From Lama guanicoe (lineage: Eukaryota): a stretch of DNA of 64,000 nucleotides. The position numbers were made by a program, and so were the translations under genes. Positions 48,901 to 62,790 of this stretch are shown piece by piece. The notes below the pieces were generated by a model. The model had not been told where the DNA came from, searched no databases, and worked only from the letters and a program-made list of their open reading frames with translations. Within the stretch, counting starts at the first letter, position 1. Each line of letters opens with the position of its first letter. The stretch is taken from positions 10,889,003-10,953,002 of the forward strand of contig MU053934.1 in NCBI GenBank assembly GCA_013239625.1, written 5' to 3'.

Positions 48901-51689
48901 CTCTTGAAGCCCCATCCATCACCTGGGCCGATTGCTGCCAGACAGTCCGGGAAGGGGGCCAGGGATCTGTCCAGGTGCCTCCTCAGCACAGACAAGGATG
49001 AACAGGGCCCAGGGGGTCCTGGTGCCCCTGCCAAGGGGACGGGCTCCTGAGAGCGCGGGAGAGGAGGCAGCACCTGGGCTGAGCCGCAGGGCTGTGGCTC
49101 CTCCACTGCGAGGCTTGTGTGCAGGCAGGGCACCGCTGGGGTCGGTTCCGGGGCACAGAGCCCGGGTCAGGTGGAAGCAGCTCTGCAGCCCAGCCTGAAG
49201 GGGACCTTCAGAAGGAGCCCTTGACCCGGCTCCTCCTCATCTTAAATCCATCTGCGCTTCCTTCCTGAATCCAAACTTTGAGCTTCACACTGAGGTCTAC
49301 TTGTGACCTGGCCTAAACCTCTACCCACGTGTCCCCCTTCCCCCCAGAAGCTGTGCCCGTGAAGCCCCTTGACAGTCCCTCAGCACAATGCGCATCTCCT
49401 TTTCTGTGCTCCCAGGGGACCCCTACCTGCCTGTGAGCCTGACATTAACCACGATTTCCAGCTCAGCTGCGGGGGAGATACAGGGGTTCTCCCGGGCTCA
49501 TGGATGTGGAAGCCCCGTTCCACACAGGTGCTGCCTGTGACGGACGGCAGCGCGGAGGCTGGCTTTGAAGGGAGCATCACTGGAGGAAGAGATTCAGCGG
49601 GGCCAGGCACCCAGCCCAGCTCTGCTCCGGAGCAGAGCTGCAGGGGATGGCGGAGTGCGTCAGGCCCGGGGGCAGGTTTGTAGCAAAACAGCAAAATCTG
49701 CCAAAGGCTGCAGGTGCTCCTCATTTCCATCGCTCATGGCCTGAGGCAAAGCAGCCAGCTCGACTTGGGTCCCAGCTTCCCGAAGGAAGTTGCAGGTTCA
49801 GGGGGTGGGAGGACAGGTGTGAAGGCTGCCAGCCATGTCCGCTCTGTCTCCCGGGGACACCCAGGGTACACGAGGGGCCAGCTGGGGGAGCCAGGCTGAG
49901 CACCTTGGACACACAGCTCCAGACCCCCAGGTAGGGCCTGGGAGGGTGAGGACCCCCATCGCCATCATACCCTGTGTGCCAACTGGGACAGGAGGGCTGG
50001 GGACGGGGTGAGCTCCCCTGTCAACCTCAGTGTCCTGGGCAGTTTCTCCAGTGACGCAGTCAGTGGGGAGCCAGGGAGGCCCCCGAAATGAGGCTATCAC
50101 ATACCCTTCCCTGGGGAGGGGCCTGCGGACTGCTCCCTGAATCAGGGGAGCCCTGGACACTGCTGAAGAGACATCAGGGCCAAGAGCCTGCCTCCAGCCT
50201 CCCGGGCCACTTGGCGCTGACAGTGCTGCTGGGCTCCGTCCCTGAGAGCCCCACGTCTGAGGAAGGCCTTTGCCATCTCTTCCTTTGTCACACAACCAGA
50301 GCTGCTTATTTTAGACATGCCTCCGAAGGGGCATGTCCCCCCCACTGGTGTCACTCAGAAGAATGGGAACAGGAAACCAGCCCGAAACTGAGCCACCCTC
50401 AAGGCAAAGGGAGGAAGGTGCCCTGAAGGCCAGTGCTGGCACCCCAGATGGCGCAGAAGCCAGATCAAGCCCAGAGCCTCCAGCCGCAGAAACGGCGCCC
50501 TGCTCCAGGGCGCGTGCACCATCCTGCTGTAACAGCCCGCCAGCACGCACACGTTTGAAAGGTCAACCCTCCCTCTCTGCTAAGACTTCCTAAATTTTAC
50601 ATGAACTGAAATCCATCTTAGCAGAGCCTGCCTCACTGCCAGGAGGGGTCCTGGGCGAGGACAGAGGTGTCTGAGTGTGGACACACGCCATGCGGCATGG
50701 GGCAGAGAGGAGAGCGGGAAGGGGGCTTCGGGTTGGGGGCTGCTACTGGACTGCTTCCATGACAGCAGCATGTAGCACTCCTGACGGCACCTGCCTGCTT
50801 CCTCGAGCTGCTCTGCAGCAGCCACAGAGGGCAGAGGGTCCGAGGCTGGGGACCAATCGAGCTGGGCTCCACCCCAGCCTCTGTCACCAGCCACTTTTCC
50901 TGAGCCCCAGTTTCTGCCCTAGTGAAATCCAATATCAGTGTCATTTCAGGACATCATGGGGAAGATGGAGTGGGAACCAGCAAAGCACACGGAGCCTCAG
51001 ACAGAGACACCCTGTGAACACTGACCCCTTCCTTCCCTCTCTTCTCAGTCTGCTGTGTTCTACTCACAGGAACTTCTCTAGACCAAATTCAAGTACACTT
51101 CGATGATGCAGGCGTAGCTTGGGGCCGAAGGGTGGGGGCTGATGTGGACTTCTCCCGGGCACTCCGGTAAGGCACATAGACACACTACTGATGGGCGCCC
51201 CTTCCCTGCTCCTGTGCTCTGACGCGGGGGCTCAGGAAGGGCAGGCCCCCGACACGCACACCTCCCTGGGGCTCGAGCCTGGGTTTGCACCTGCCCGGCT
51301 GCAGACCTGGGCTTGTCCCCGCCAGGGAGTAAGGCAGGCGTCTAGTTGGGCACAGGAATAAAGTGCTGGCCGTTTCTCACCCACAGCTCATGATGTGGCT
51401 GGTCACACAAAACTAAAGCAGGGGACGCCCAGTGACCTCTGTGTGTGGTTCTGATTAAAACAGGAAACAAGGGTTAGAGAAAGAGAGGTTTGGGGCCCAT
51501 GAAGGGGCCTTCCTGAAATATGGGGCAGAGACCTGTGTGGAAGGACAGGGGCGCTGGTGGAAGGCCGTTGCAGGAAGGAGGGAATTCAGGAGAGGGACCT
51601 TGAGCACAACTCAGGGACCAGGAGGTCACAGGAGGAGTGACGCCCACGTACCAGCTGCTGGTCTGTGTCCCTGAGGCCTGACCCCCGAC

Positions 51690-51955
51690 GTGGCGGTGCC
51701 AGGAGGGGGCCCTGAGGGAGGGGACAGGCCAGGGAGGTGCAGCCCCTAAAGGGGACCAGGACCCTCATGAGAAGGGAGACGCTCTGTCTTTACCTTGTGG
51801 GGACACAGCAGAAAGGCTGCGGTCTGCAAGGCAGGAGGAGAGCCCTCCCCAGGCTGGACTCTGCCTGCGGCCTGCCCTCGGGCTCCTTGCCTCTGGAGCC
51901 CGTGCTGTTTCCAGCCCCAAGGCCGCAGCATCCCCGATGGTGCAGCAAGCTGCCC
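51690..51955 (+). mobile_element. MaLR LTR (MLT1A-like), GC-enriched
   Basis: tgtggggacacagcagaaaggctgcggtctgcaaggcaggaggagagccctccccag. Confidence 0.7.
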
Positions 51956-54224
51956 CTGAGGGGGCCTGGGGGCTGGGGCCTCGGGGGGGGGGGCAACGCT
52001 CACACCGCCAGGGCCCCCACGCCCTGACAGGGGTCCCTTTGGGGACCCGAAAGGGTTTCAAAGGGTCCGACTCAGGCGTCAACAGCCTTTGGGCAGCTTA
52101 AAGACAGGAGAGAGCACTTGGGGAAGAGAAAGCAGGACCTGAAAATCGTGGACGTGTGCAGCATGGCGCCCCCCGGAGGGAAGAGGGGAGGCCAGCGGAG
52201 ACTGGCGGCAGTGCTGGGAAAGATCTGAAACCTCGAGGGCTCTCAGTGCCATTGGTAGAGTTTCCGAATGTACTGAGGGAGGCAAGGAGGAACTCGGCAA
52301 AATCTTGAGACCGAGGAAAGAGCACACTGAAGGGCCTGCTTTCTCAGTGCGCCCCACGGGGCTCGTGCTGAGATCACGGGGCTCACTCTGGAGCCCAGAG
52401 GACAGGAAAAAAGAGGGCCAGGCTGGATGTGTCTTGGAAAGAACTTCTAGGAGAAGAAGCACGGGGTGGGGGGCTGACGCCTTCCCTCCAAGCCTCTCTA
52501 CAAAGACAGACTCTCCTGCAGAGGGCTCGGTCACGGGCGGCAGGAGATGGCGATTCCTGAGCCGAACTCCAGCTCCTCGGACGCCGATCCCAAGCCCCCC
52601 GTGAGGGTGGAATCACTTGGACGCGCTGCTACTTCCATCCCAGGCTGGGGCCTATTTGAAAAGAGACAAACTATGATAAATGATGTGTGTTTGTGTCCCC
52701 GTGGGGCTGACCGTCAAGACCAAGCGAGTCTCCTTGGCGTCCTCCTCTGAAAGGAGCCGTGTTTCTCGGGGGTGAGGAGGCAGGTGTTCCTCTGCACCAG
52801 CCCCTGCCTCCCTGAGCCCTGTCCCTCCGGCCCTTCCCCTCTCTGGAGCAGGAGTGATGAAAACTGGCGTCTTGTGGTCTCAGCCATCGCTGCCCACACT
52901 GACGGACTCAGCCCAGGTGGAGGGGGCTGGCGGAGGACACTTTAATGAGGAGCCAGGTGCTCCCATCTTACTGGGGCCCCCACAGCCACGTGCAGAGCAT
53001 CATTAACAAGAATAGAGCAGCCCCACGTTGAACTTGAAAATCGTCACGAAACTTGGGCTTCAAATACCTCCCCAGAGACGTACGGTTTTCTCTGCTGTTC
53101 TCCTCAGAAGGAACGTTCTTCCAAATAAGTTTTTGTATCTTAAAAAAAAACTTTAAAACACCTAGAATGTGCATCCTTCTACCCCTCTGCAAGGTGAAAA
53201 ATATGCTGTTAACTGTGCAATTATGTGCGATCCGTTGGGAAGGCAACAGTGGACACACACTTAATGATCTTTCCAAGAAGATCTGACACAGGTTGGGTGC
53301 CAAGTTGGCAAAGGTCACCAGCGAAAGGTTGAGCCAGCCCAGCCCCAGTGAACAAAGCCATTCAGAGCCGTTAAAAGAAAGCCAAGTGAGGGGCCGTCGC
53401 TTTGAATGTGGGCAAGAGGGAAGGGAACGCTTTTCTTCAGCGGCGTGGGGAGTAGAATGTTTCTGAACGAACACATTAGGGAGAATTTGCTAGACCAAAC
53501 TGATGGAAGCCTGGCTTTTCTGGTGGCAGGCATATCCGAGGACACGCCTCAGCCTCCAGGATGTCCCAAGGACCTCCGTGTCCACTGAATGTCCAGCAAC
53601 TCTGAGCTCTGCTCTGTCTGACGTGCCATGCGGGGTGAGCACGTTAACGAACAAGCAAAAGCGTCTAACTCGAGATCTTGATTCTCACCTGTCTCAGGCC
53701 AGGAGAGACTTGATGAACGGGTTTGAAAATACACAGAACTCCCTGCATGAGTCGGGAGGCTTGTGCTTGAAATACTGGCTTTTATCTTATTTGAAAATAA
53801 TTGTTCAGATAAATATTAATCTTGGATGACAAAGCGGCCAAGAAGCACTTAGAGCACCAATACGAAGGAGACCACATTTTACACGTGGGAGGATTTGCAC
53901 CAAATCAGGAACGTGTAGCTGCTGACGTCTCCCAGCGGACGGCTCCGACCTGCCGTGCCCGGGCACCTTGGCGGGGCTGCTGTCCCGACGCCGGGAACCC
54001 CTTGTTCACTCATCACTCGTTTCCTGAGCCCTCGGGCTGCTCTGCTCTTGGAATCCTGCCTTATGCAGAACGTACAAAGTCGGCACAACACAGGGCTGGC
54101 CCTTTGGTCACTTGTTAGACATGGGGGACAATCGAGCAACTAGAGGAGTGACGTGCAGAGCAGTGGGCGTGGGGACAGCGGTGCGCGCAGATGCCGCGGG
54201 CACCCGGGTGAGCGGTCACACCAC

Positions 54225-54603
54225 GGCTCATCTTCCCCAGCTTCTGTGGGAAAGCCCCGCGGACAGGGGGTCCCAAACCACACACATGGGTTTCTCCCAG
54301 TTCGGAGGCTGGAAGGCCAAGAGCACGGTGCCAGCAGGGCTGGGTTCTGACGATGACTCTCCCTGGGCATCAGGTGACCAACTTTGAGCTGCATCTCCCA
54401 CAGCCTTTCCCTGGTGCATTTGCCCAGAGAAAATCTGTTGTCTTTCCTTACGGACACTAATCCTATGGGGTTGGGACCTGACCCTCATGACCTCAATTAA
54501 TGTTAATTACTTTTTAGAAGACTCTGTCCCCAAATGTAGCCACACCAGGGGTCAGGGTTTCAACATGTGGATGTTGGAAGACACAAATACCCAGTCCCCC
54601 ACA
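54225..54603 (-). mobile_element. MaLR LTR (MLT1A0-like)
   Basis: tctcccagttcggaggctggaaggccaagagcacggtgccagcagggctgggttct...accctcatgacctcaattaa...ggtcagggtttcaacat. Confidence 0.87.
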
Positions 54604-54744
54604 GCAGCCCAGGCCGGGAGGGCAGACGGTGTGGGGGGGCCAGTTTTGCAGAGGACAGTGGGCTCTCTGGCTCAAGAGGCCAAGTGCAAAGACCAGGAGA
54701 GTGGAAAGGAAGTCAGTGACAGAGGGAACCAGACTGCAGCATTG

Positions 54745-54848
54745 TATGCGTGGGTGTGTGCCTGTGAGTGCTTGCCTGTGTGTACGCACGCGGTCATGCA
54801 TGCATGCACCCATGTGCGTGTCTGTGTGCGCGCACGTGCTTGTGTGAT
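54745..54848. repeat. Degenerate alternating purine-pyrimidine (TG/CA/CG) tract
   Basis: tgcgtgggtgtgtg...gtgtgtacgcacgcg...gtgtgcgcgcacgtg. Confidence 0.75.
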
Positions 54849-55469
54849 GAAAGAGAGCCGGGCTCGGGGACCAGTCCCAGCTCTGGGAGCTGGGATTGGA
54901 AAGAGCAGGGGGCAGGACTGAAGAGACATACATGCCAGGCAAAGGCACCTGGAGACGGTCTTGAAGGTAATGCTGCTTCCTTAAAGCAGCTTGCTGAGGG
55001 AAGCCCCGCAAGGGGACGCGCATCGGAGGGAGAGACTGAAGGGCGGCAGACACCGTGGAAGTGGGCGAGGCTGAAAGCCAGGAGGACCAGTCCCTCACGT
55101 GCCCGCAGGAAGTTCTCATGGGGCCGTGGCGGGGGTCACGGGATCGTCTACCTCGGGGCGAGGGCACCAAGCGCCCAGCGGACGTGAGCGGCGGTGTGGC
55201 CGCGGTCACCCGCCTGCAGGAGCTGCGCCTCCAGGGTGCCCTGGGCGCTTCAGGGGACGGCCAGGGCGGCTTTCCGTGCCGAAGTCCCTGCGCCTGGGGC
55301 AAGGCGCCTGCCCCATCGTCTGGGTTACAACTCGTACATCTTCCTGGTGAGCCGCGCCTCTGTTCGCCGGGAGATGCCTTGCAAACCTAGTCTGAGGGTT
55401 ACTTACAGCGCTGCAACTCCAGACGTCGCGCGCCTTTGCAATCAGTATTTGTTTAGCCTTTTACTAACT

Positions 55470-56300
55470 TGTTTTCTGTTTTCTTCCCTCAACAACCCTT
55501 TTGCCATCTTCTTGCTTCCCTCTGAAATAAATGATGACACGTTTCTTTGGGGAGATAAACTCTCTCAGTGTTAATTGCCTAAAAATGCCTTTCCCTTCAC
55601 TGCTGAGTCACAGCTGCACAGGTGAGAAAGCTGCTGCGACTCGAGGGGCAGAATCCCGCTTCCCTTTGGTTCCCATTGTCGCTGTTAGAATATAAGCTAT
55701 TGTTTCGAGCTTTTTCCGTGAAGTCATCTGGATGCTTCCACAACCTTCTCCTTTCCCTTCGCATCAGGGTTCTCCACTGATTTATCCTGATGTTAATTTA
55801 TTTCTATTTATCTGGCTTAGGATTCAGTAAGCTGTCAGCACATGATGATTTGTGGTCTTAATGCTGAAAAACTCTTTGCCACCATGCTCGATTTTGCCTT
55901 TTTCCACGTTTCTTTCTCCCCCCTTTCTTCTCTTCTTTCCTTTTTTCCCTCTAGAAGTTGCCTTTAAATGTAGATTTTTTTTTTTTTACTCTGTCTTCCA
56001 TCCCTCTCAATCTCGCTTTCATTTTCCTGTATTTGAGTGTCTCTGTGTTGAATTCTGGGTGGTTTACTGAGATCTATCTGTCTTCTGCTCAACTTCGTAT
56101 CTTCAATTTAACCCAAACACTGAGAAGTAAATTCAATTGATGAGATGCTTCATTTCGAAAGTTCTCTGTGCTTCTCAAGTATACGTATCTTTTTGATAGT
56201 CTCATTCTTCCCAATGTCTTTACACAAAATTTGTTTTCTTTAAGCTTATTAAACATGTCTATTTAATATTCTTTCAAAACACTAAAGCTTTGAGTATATA
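55470..56300 (-). mobile_element. Decayed L1M/HAL1-like ORF1 region
   Basis: T-rich strand with aaactctctcagt...gcctaaaaatgcct and aatttatttctatttatctggcttaggattc. Confidence 0.6.
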
Positions 56301-57084
56301 AGTCTTCTGCCCTCCACCCCATGATTTTCACTCTTGGTTTGTTTGACCTGATCTTGGTTAATCCGGTTTCTAAGTTGAGTGTCTGTGTTCTCTGAGCACC
56401 GTGGAAGTCGCGGATGGCAGTTTCTGAAGCGGGGATTCACCAGGGAGGGCATGTACGTGTCTCGGTCATGGACCTGGGAGTGATGCTAACACGTGCGTCC
56501 ACTTGGGGCACAGCTTCCCGTTCCCAGTGGCAGCCCCTGCTTTGTCCCTGGTACCCAGAGGAAGTCACTTCCTGGCCTCCGCTGCTGGGGAGGATTTTGT
56601 GGCTCATCCGCCCCCTCTGTGCGAGCATAGGGTTTATTTGATTTAAAGATCTCCATTCCAGCTGCTCTCCTGGGGCCGTCCCCACGTCTCCTTCACAACC
56701 CAGGTCTCCAAGGTCCTGGCACATAGACTCGATCTGAGGCAGCATCGCTGGCAGCGTGGCACGGGTTTGTGCTGTGAGGACCGCCTGTGCGTTCACAGAA
56801 GCGCGATTATACTCCTTTTAAGCATGTTGTTCAGCACGTTTAACCTTGCTTTGTAGGAGGTTCTCCAGGGTGGGAAATGCACCATGTGTGTTTCAGACGC
56901 AGGTCAGCCACAGCTCCGCCCGTCTGTGTGCCCTCCACGTTGTCAGCTCGAACACAGGGACCGGAGCATTCCCGGCTCTGAGTCTGTGCACGCAGCACGG
57001 GAGCTCTCCGGGGAGCGACTGCGCACCGAGCACCTTCTCCTTCATCGTGTCTTTGCACCTCACGGCCCCTCTACAGCCCAGGCG

Positions 57085-57175
57085 CGCCAGGTGTTATCCG
57101 CACTCCATCATGTTGAGAACCTGAGGCTCAGAGAATTTTAAGCAACTTCTTGTCATCACACAGCTCGTAGCTGGC
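57085..57175. mobile_element. MIR fragment
   Basis: gaacctgaggctcagagaattttaagcaactt...tcacacagctcgtag matches the MIR core. Confidence 0.75.
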
Positions 57176-57559
57176 TTGCTGACATCTTGAATTTTTTTCA
57201 CGAGACCCTGGTCGCCGGCTGCACGCTCTGCCTTCACGACAACGCTTTGTCTGCGTCCATGCGACGCGGTGTATTTATTTTACTACCTGTGGTGGGTGCA
57301 CGATAAATTGCAGGCATTCGGTTTACAGCCGGAGGGGCTGTTCGCTCCTCAGCACTTTCGGAGCAAGACCGCGCCTGCGTTTTCCTTCAGAGGGAAAGTT
57401 CTTTGAAACTTCCTGGAAAGGTTTTGCAGGCTGAGGCTGAGGAATAAAATTTGATGAGCGGCACAGGGGACTTAAAATGGACCATCAGATTCTGTGACCT
57501 CGACCAGAGGATCGGCAACTGCTGTTCCTCGTTTCCTCCAGGTCTCTGCTTGATCCCGC

Positions 57560-57803
57560 CCCCCCCGCTGGCCCTCCTTGACGGGCCCGTTTAAGCAGCA
57601 ACCGCTCCACCCGGGCGCCCCCCACCACTCTCCGGGCTTTATTTCTGCCTGTAGCTTATACCACCCCCGACATGCTGTGTCCCGTGTCTGCCTCCCCACT
57701 TAGGGCGCCAGCGCCTAACGTTAGAGACGTTGGCTGGGTGCTTCATTAATGCCGACACCAATGCCTAGAATAGTGTTTATTAAATAGTTTCATGAAAGAA
57801 TGA
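57560..57803 (+). mobile_element. L2 3' region
   Basis: gctttatttctgcctgtagcttatacc...gtctgcctccccact...tgcctagaatagtg...atgaaagaatga. Confidence 0.65.
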
Positions 57804-60800
57804 CAGTGATATAGTTTAGAAGTATGTGCTCATTCTTCCCATTGTCTCAGCTGAGCCTGGCATCAGCCTTCCGCGACAAGCAAGGGGGGATGAAGCAAGA
57901 GGGGAAGCCGCCTTGCAGACACACCGGGAAGCCGCAGCGCCGAGCGCGCGCTTGTCCTGTAGCGCGCGCCTCTCTGAGCCTTGGGGTGGGATGGGACAGT
58001 CACGGTCCACAGTCTCGGATCCCACACCTTCACTCAGGCAGGAGGCTGCTTGGCTCTTAGGGAGACCGTGCAGGAGGCACGGATACCCGGGCTGCCCGGC
58101 AGCGTTGGCAGTGCCCGGAGTTCAGCTGCTGCCTGAGGACGGGGAAGCCGATGGACGGCTGAGCGGCTGTGGGTGGTACCTGAGTCTTTGGAGACCCCAG
58201 TTCTCCCATCTGTAGCCCCTCAGGTGGTTTCCAGACCTGAGTCACTGTGAGTCACCCAGGGGGCTTCTTGTCTTGTGACACATTTTTTATCAAATTCTGA
58301 GCGCATTTTGACACATTCTCTCTGGTGCGTAACATGGTCTCATTTTCTCTCCCCTATTATCTCTTCTGCCCACGATTTACACCCCACAGTGTCACACACA
58401 CGCACGGCGTTCATATGAAGCCACCGTATGAAAGCCCTAGATTTCCCTCCCCACGTGGCGGAGGTCAAAGCCAGTGGCATCCACACGTCCCGGCCGCCTG
58501 GCGCCGGACAGCGCACGCGGCGTCACACTGCTCGTCTGGGCGGAGCGTCACAAGAGCAGGAAGGGGTCAGTGCTTTCACGCCCACCCGAAGGGTGGGACA
58601 TCCCGTCTCCTCCAGACGTGACGGGGGAGTCCCGGGTGGGCAGGATGCTCTTGGACGTCCAGGGTTTCAGCCCTGCGTTTCCCGAATCGAGGCCGGTTAC
58701 TGATGTCAGGTGCCCGGTGACTGCCCGCCCCAAGATTCCAGACAGGTTTCGGAGCCCAGGGGCCCAAGCGGAGCGCCACGCGGTGAACATCACAAAGACG
58801 TTCCTCCAGCTCTCTTTCCATCCTGGCCAACGCACAGAATAAACACGTTCACAGGACTTGGGTTTAAGAGGACTACAGGGACTCAAAACTGTCAAGATAA
58901 TAAAGCAGGATGTCTCAGCATTCCTTGCGTGTTCCCACCCTCCAAAATCCACACGTTCAACTTCATAGGTTTCCTCACGATCAAGCACCTTGAAATCCCC
59001 AGCTGGAGAAGGAATCAACAAATGATATGTCTGAAAATGAGCTGCAAACATCCGCCCACACACGTGCACACCCGCACGCAGGTACCCGCGTGCACACGCA
59101 CACGCACGCTCTGCTGGGTTTGGGTGCGGAGCCGGGCGGCGACGACAGCAGGTCAGCGAGCCTTCCGACGTGTGGTCCGCGGCGGGGGCAGACCGCTGTC
59201 TTCTGAGTCTCGGCACCTATCACGGGGCTGTCATGACAGAGGCGTTCACAGCACGCCCAGCTGGCCTCCCGTTCTCAATATTTAAATATCATTCACAAGT
59301 TTATGAAACTGTCTGAAAATGTTCATCTCCCTGTTGGTTCTAAAGATTTATTCTTCCTGGAACTTTAATTTATGTAGCCAAGTACTGGAACTGAGACTCA
59401 GAGCAGTATTTTATTATATTTTTGGGGAAAAAAAATCTGTTAAACAAGTAGGCGGTTCCCGTGGAGCTGGGCGATGTGCCGGGGCATCTGGCTCTGCTAG
59501 GAAACACTCAAACCAGCGGTTTCCAGCAACTTCACAGCAAGCGCAGCATTTGTCAGGTCCTTCCTATTAATCCATGTTTTTAAATAAAATGGCTCTGGCA
59601 GAACCTGATGGAGGGAGTGCTGCTCACAAGCTCCCCACGCTCCTTCGGGCGGAGCTGCACCCTCCAGGCTGGGTCCCATCCCCCCGTGTCCTGTGTGCTC
59701 CTCTCTCCTCTGTGTGGATTGTTGGTGAGATCTGACCCAGAAGGTTACCGTAAACACCATCAGAAAAGGCGGGGGGGTCAGCCATCCTCTCCTTGAGCAG
59801 AGAGCACTGCCTGCGTGCTGTCAGGAGCGCTGCTCTGTGCTGTGCGCTCCTGGGAAAACGTGTTCTCGTCCCCCAAACACACCATCTCCTAGTGCTCGCG
59901 GTTTTACCTCAGGTGCTGCAGTGGGATACTTTATTCATTGAAAGGACGTGTCTGGAAACCATTACACAGTAAATCCCAGGCAACACGTGCGTGGGGGCTG
60001 CAGAAGCAGCCTTCTCCTGGAGTTCAGGGGACACACGTTCAGCGGGCAGCAGAGCCCTCTGGGAGCTGGAGACTCTGGGTCAGACACTTGTTCCCAGACT
60101 GAAGCTGGACTGACTGTGGTCCCACGGGGGTGGATGTCCTGACAAGCTCCTGAAGGCTGCAAAAAGTGGACTAAAAGGGAGGCAGAGAGACAGGGCAGAG
60201 AGCGAGAGATTGAGGGCACGCTCTCAACCTGCCAGCTGTGGAAGCGGACAGTTCATTCTTTGCAGATCTCTGTTCAGAAAAAGCCCGAATATGATGTATA
60301 CATTGATTAGTGCACAGGAATTGACTGTAACACCGTGTGTGTGCGTGTCTGCGTGCTTGAATTCCGCGTTGCTCGGCGCAGGCACACACTCACCCCAAAG
60401 CAGAAACTCGCGCGGGTCCGATGAGTCGCACTGCTCACAGCGGTGTTTACAGTGCGCGGGCTCGTGCTGCAGGGCTGTGTGCTTGGCCGCAGCACCTGTC
60501 CCCGGGGCCCCAGGCTGGAGACAGAGCGGACAGAAGGAGGAGAGGCGGGAGGAAGGGGCCGGGCACTTGGGGAGCCTGTTGGGATGCTTGAGTCTGGTGG
60601 TCCAGGCCGTGGCACTTCCGGGGCTGTGTCTGCTCCCTGGGACCCTGAGGCTGGGCGCTCTCCTGGTGCTCGGGGCGCAGCTGGTTTCCCGAGGAGAAAA
60701 GCTATCGGGTCTCCTGTTGGACTGAGGAAGGGGGCCGGGGGCCTGCTGGGGTGGGTTTCTGAGCCATGGAGCTGCTCCGCCAGCCTCGATGTGCCGCTGA

Positions 60801-61289
60801 CCCCCGCCTTGTGGTGGATTTGAGAAGCGCGGCCTGCAGGGTTGGAGAAGGGGCGTTGGGGAGAGAAGGGGTCAGCTGGGAAGGGCATCGTTAATTCGCT
60901 TCCTCCCTCATTCAACAGACACTTGTTTGGCATCTACTGTTTACCAAGACATTGTTACTTGTTCGGGTTCACTTAGAGCCAAAACACCCCCCCAGAGGAG
61001 ACTGGGGGCAAGTGCCCGTCTAGGAGTCCGACTCGTGCCTGCAGGCGGTGGGTGCCAGTTCCTCTGTGCTCTTCTTCCAAAATTCACTCTGGAATAAAAT
61101 CTACAGAGATTACTCTAAGTGAGGAGGTTTATTCCTTCCTTTACAGAATGGGCAGTGAGATCCAATGAAGCCTCTTCCACGTTAACAAATGGTGACCCCA
61201 CAGCTCCGTGACCTGCACGGAGGGCCACCTCCTCTGTCACGGTCCCACTGGATGGAGTCAGGTGAGGGGAGCTGGCTTCCCTAGCTCAT

Positions 61290-61590
61290 TTTTCCACCGA
61301 TCTGTTCATCTATCTGTCCATCCGTCCTTCCATCAATTGATCCCCATCCGACTATCCATCTATCTGCCCCTCATCCCTCTGTCCATCCACCCATCCACTC
61401 ACCCAGCCATCCCCACCCAGAGACCCATTCATCTCTTCATCCACCCATCCACCCATCAATTGATCCCATTCAGCTACTTATTCATCCATCGTTTCTCTAT
61501 CCATCCGCCCATCTACCCACAGACCCATTCATCTCTTCATCCACCCATCCTTCCCTTCCTCCTCCCCTTCTCTCTCCACCCCTTTCTTCA
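61290..61590. repeat. Degenerate (CATC/TCCA)n simple repeat with internal duplications
   Basis: Repeated ccatcc; agacccattcatctcttcatccacccatcc occurs twice and catcaattgatccc occurs twice. Probably an expanded L2 tail. Confidence 0.85.
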
Positions 61591-62689
61591 CACTAGGCCG
61601 AGAACACTGAGCTCACGTGCGCCTCCACCTGGGTAGATGCTGAGATCAGGATGAGATGGGGAAAAGCACGTGTCCCTGGCTTCTCCTTCTACAAACCAGC
61701 AGCTCACGGGGAAGACAAGCTTGATTTAACGCAGCATCAAGTCAAGCGCATGCCTGCTGCTCAGCTAAGCTACACAGGATCAGGCGTGCAGAGTCTGAGA
61801 CCCGGGTTTGCAGAAGGCCCTGGAGCAGCGTTAACTCAGGTAATCAGGTCAAGATGCCTGCGGCCACCCAGTTACCCAGCATCCCGGAGGGCACCCCTGT
61901 TTCTGCAGGGTGCTTGTGGGAACTGGCCACTGCTGCCTTCATGCAGGCGGACCCTGCTCCCTCCAGCTCCCTGCCTTTGCCTCGTCTTGTGGAGGACTGG
62001 CACGGCATGTGGTGGCTCTGCACGTGTCGGGCAGGCCATGCAAGCAAAGGTCTAAGTGCAGCTAATCTGAGTCCTGTCTGACCAGCTCGTGATGGTCCTG
62101 GGATGCAAAGATGCAAAGTTTGCAAGGAGCTGCCTGGAGATGCCACCCACTGGCCTCCCCACCCACTAGGAGATGTCAGGGGAGGGTTTCCCCTGGCCTC
62201 CTGGGTCCTGGTGGGCACGGGGCTCCCTGCCCTGCCCTCTTCACGGACTGCAGCCATGTTGGGCACTTCAGCGGCACCGTGCCCCATGATGCCATCCTGT
62301 TCCCACGTTGCCCTCTCCAGCATGCGGGGTCAGCAGCCCTGAACCCAGAAGAGGCTCCTGTGTCTCTGATGCCTAAGTCTTGTCTTGTTTCCTGTGTGCA
62401 GGACGGGAGCTCTAGAATTCTCTACTCCATGTCCTCCACTAGTGTTTTTTGTTTCCTTTTTATTTCACAGAGCCTCTTCCGTGACCGCCACAGCCTTCCC
62501 TCAGTCCCACTCATGCGGTGCATGCGAACGCTACGTCAGTACGCGACGGGTGTCAATCATGCCAGCTTTTGAACTTCCAGCATCCAGGGTCATTGACCCT
62601 GGTCTTCACAACGAGGAGCCAGTGCTCGCTGCTTTCTCAACCAGTGCTGACTCTCCTTGGTTATTTCATAAGCAGATGTCTTACCCGAA

Positions 62690-62790
62690 TACCAGCCTCC
62701 ATCAGGCTGTGAGCAGTGTCTCGATTTTCTTTCTTTATCTCCCACAGACCTCAGCACAGCTCTGGGCAAACGGTGGGAGCTCACTCGCTG
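62690..62790 (+). mobile_element. L2 3' fragment
   Basis: ctccatcaggc...gtgtctcgattttcttctttatctccc...tcagcacagctctgggcaaacggtgggagctca. Confidence 0.55.

Noticed and set aside
52031..52057. Hairpins GGGTCCC-TTTG-GGGACCC and GACCC-GAAA-GGGTT as a structured RNA
   Set aside because: The stems are only 5-7 bp, expected by chance in GC-rich DNA, and there is no larger fold or RNA-family motif.
61208..61636. His/Pro/Ser/Ile-rich ORF
   Set aside because: It is a translation of a (CATC)n simple repeat.
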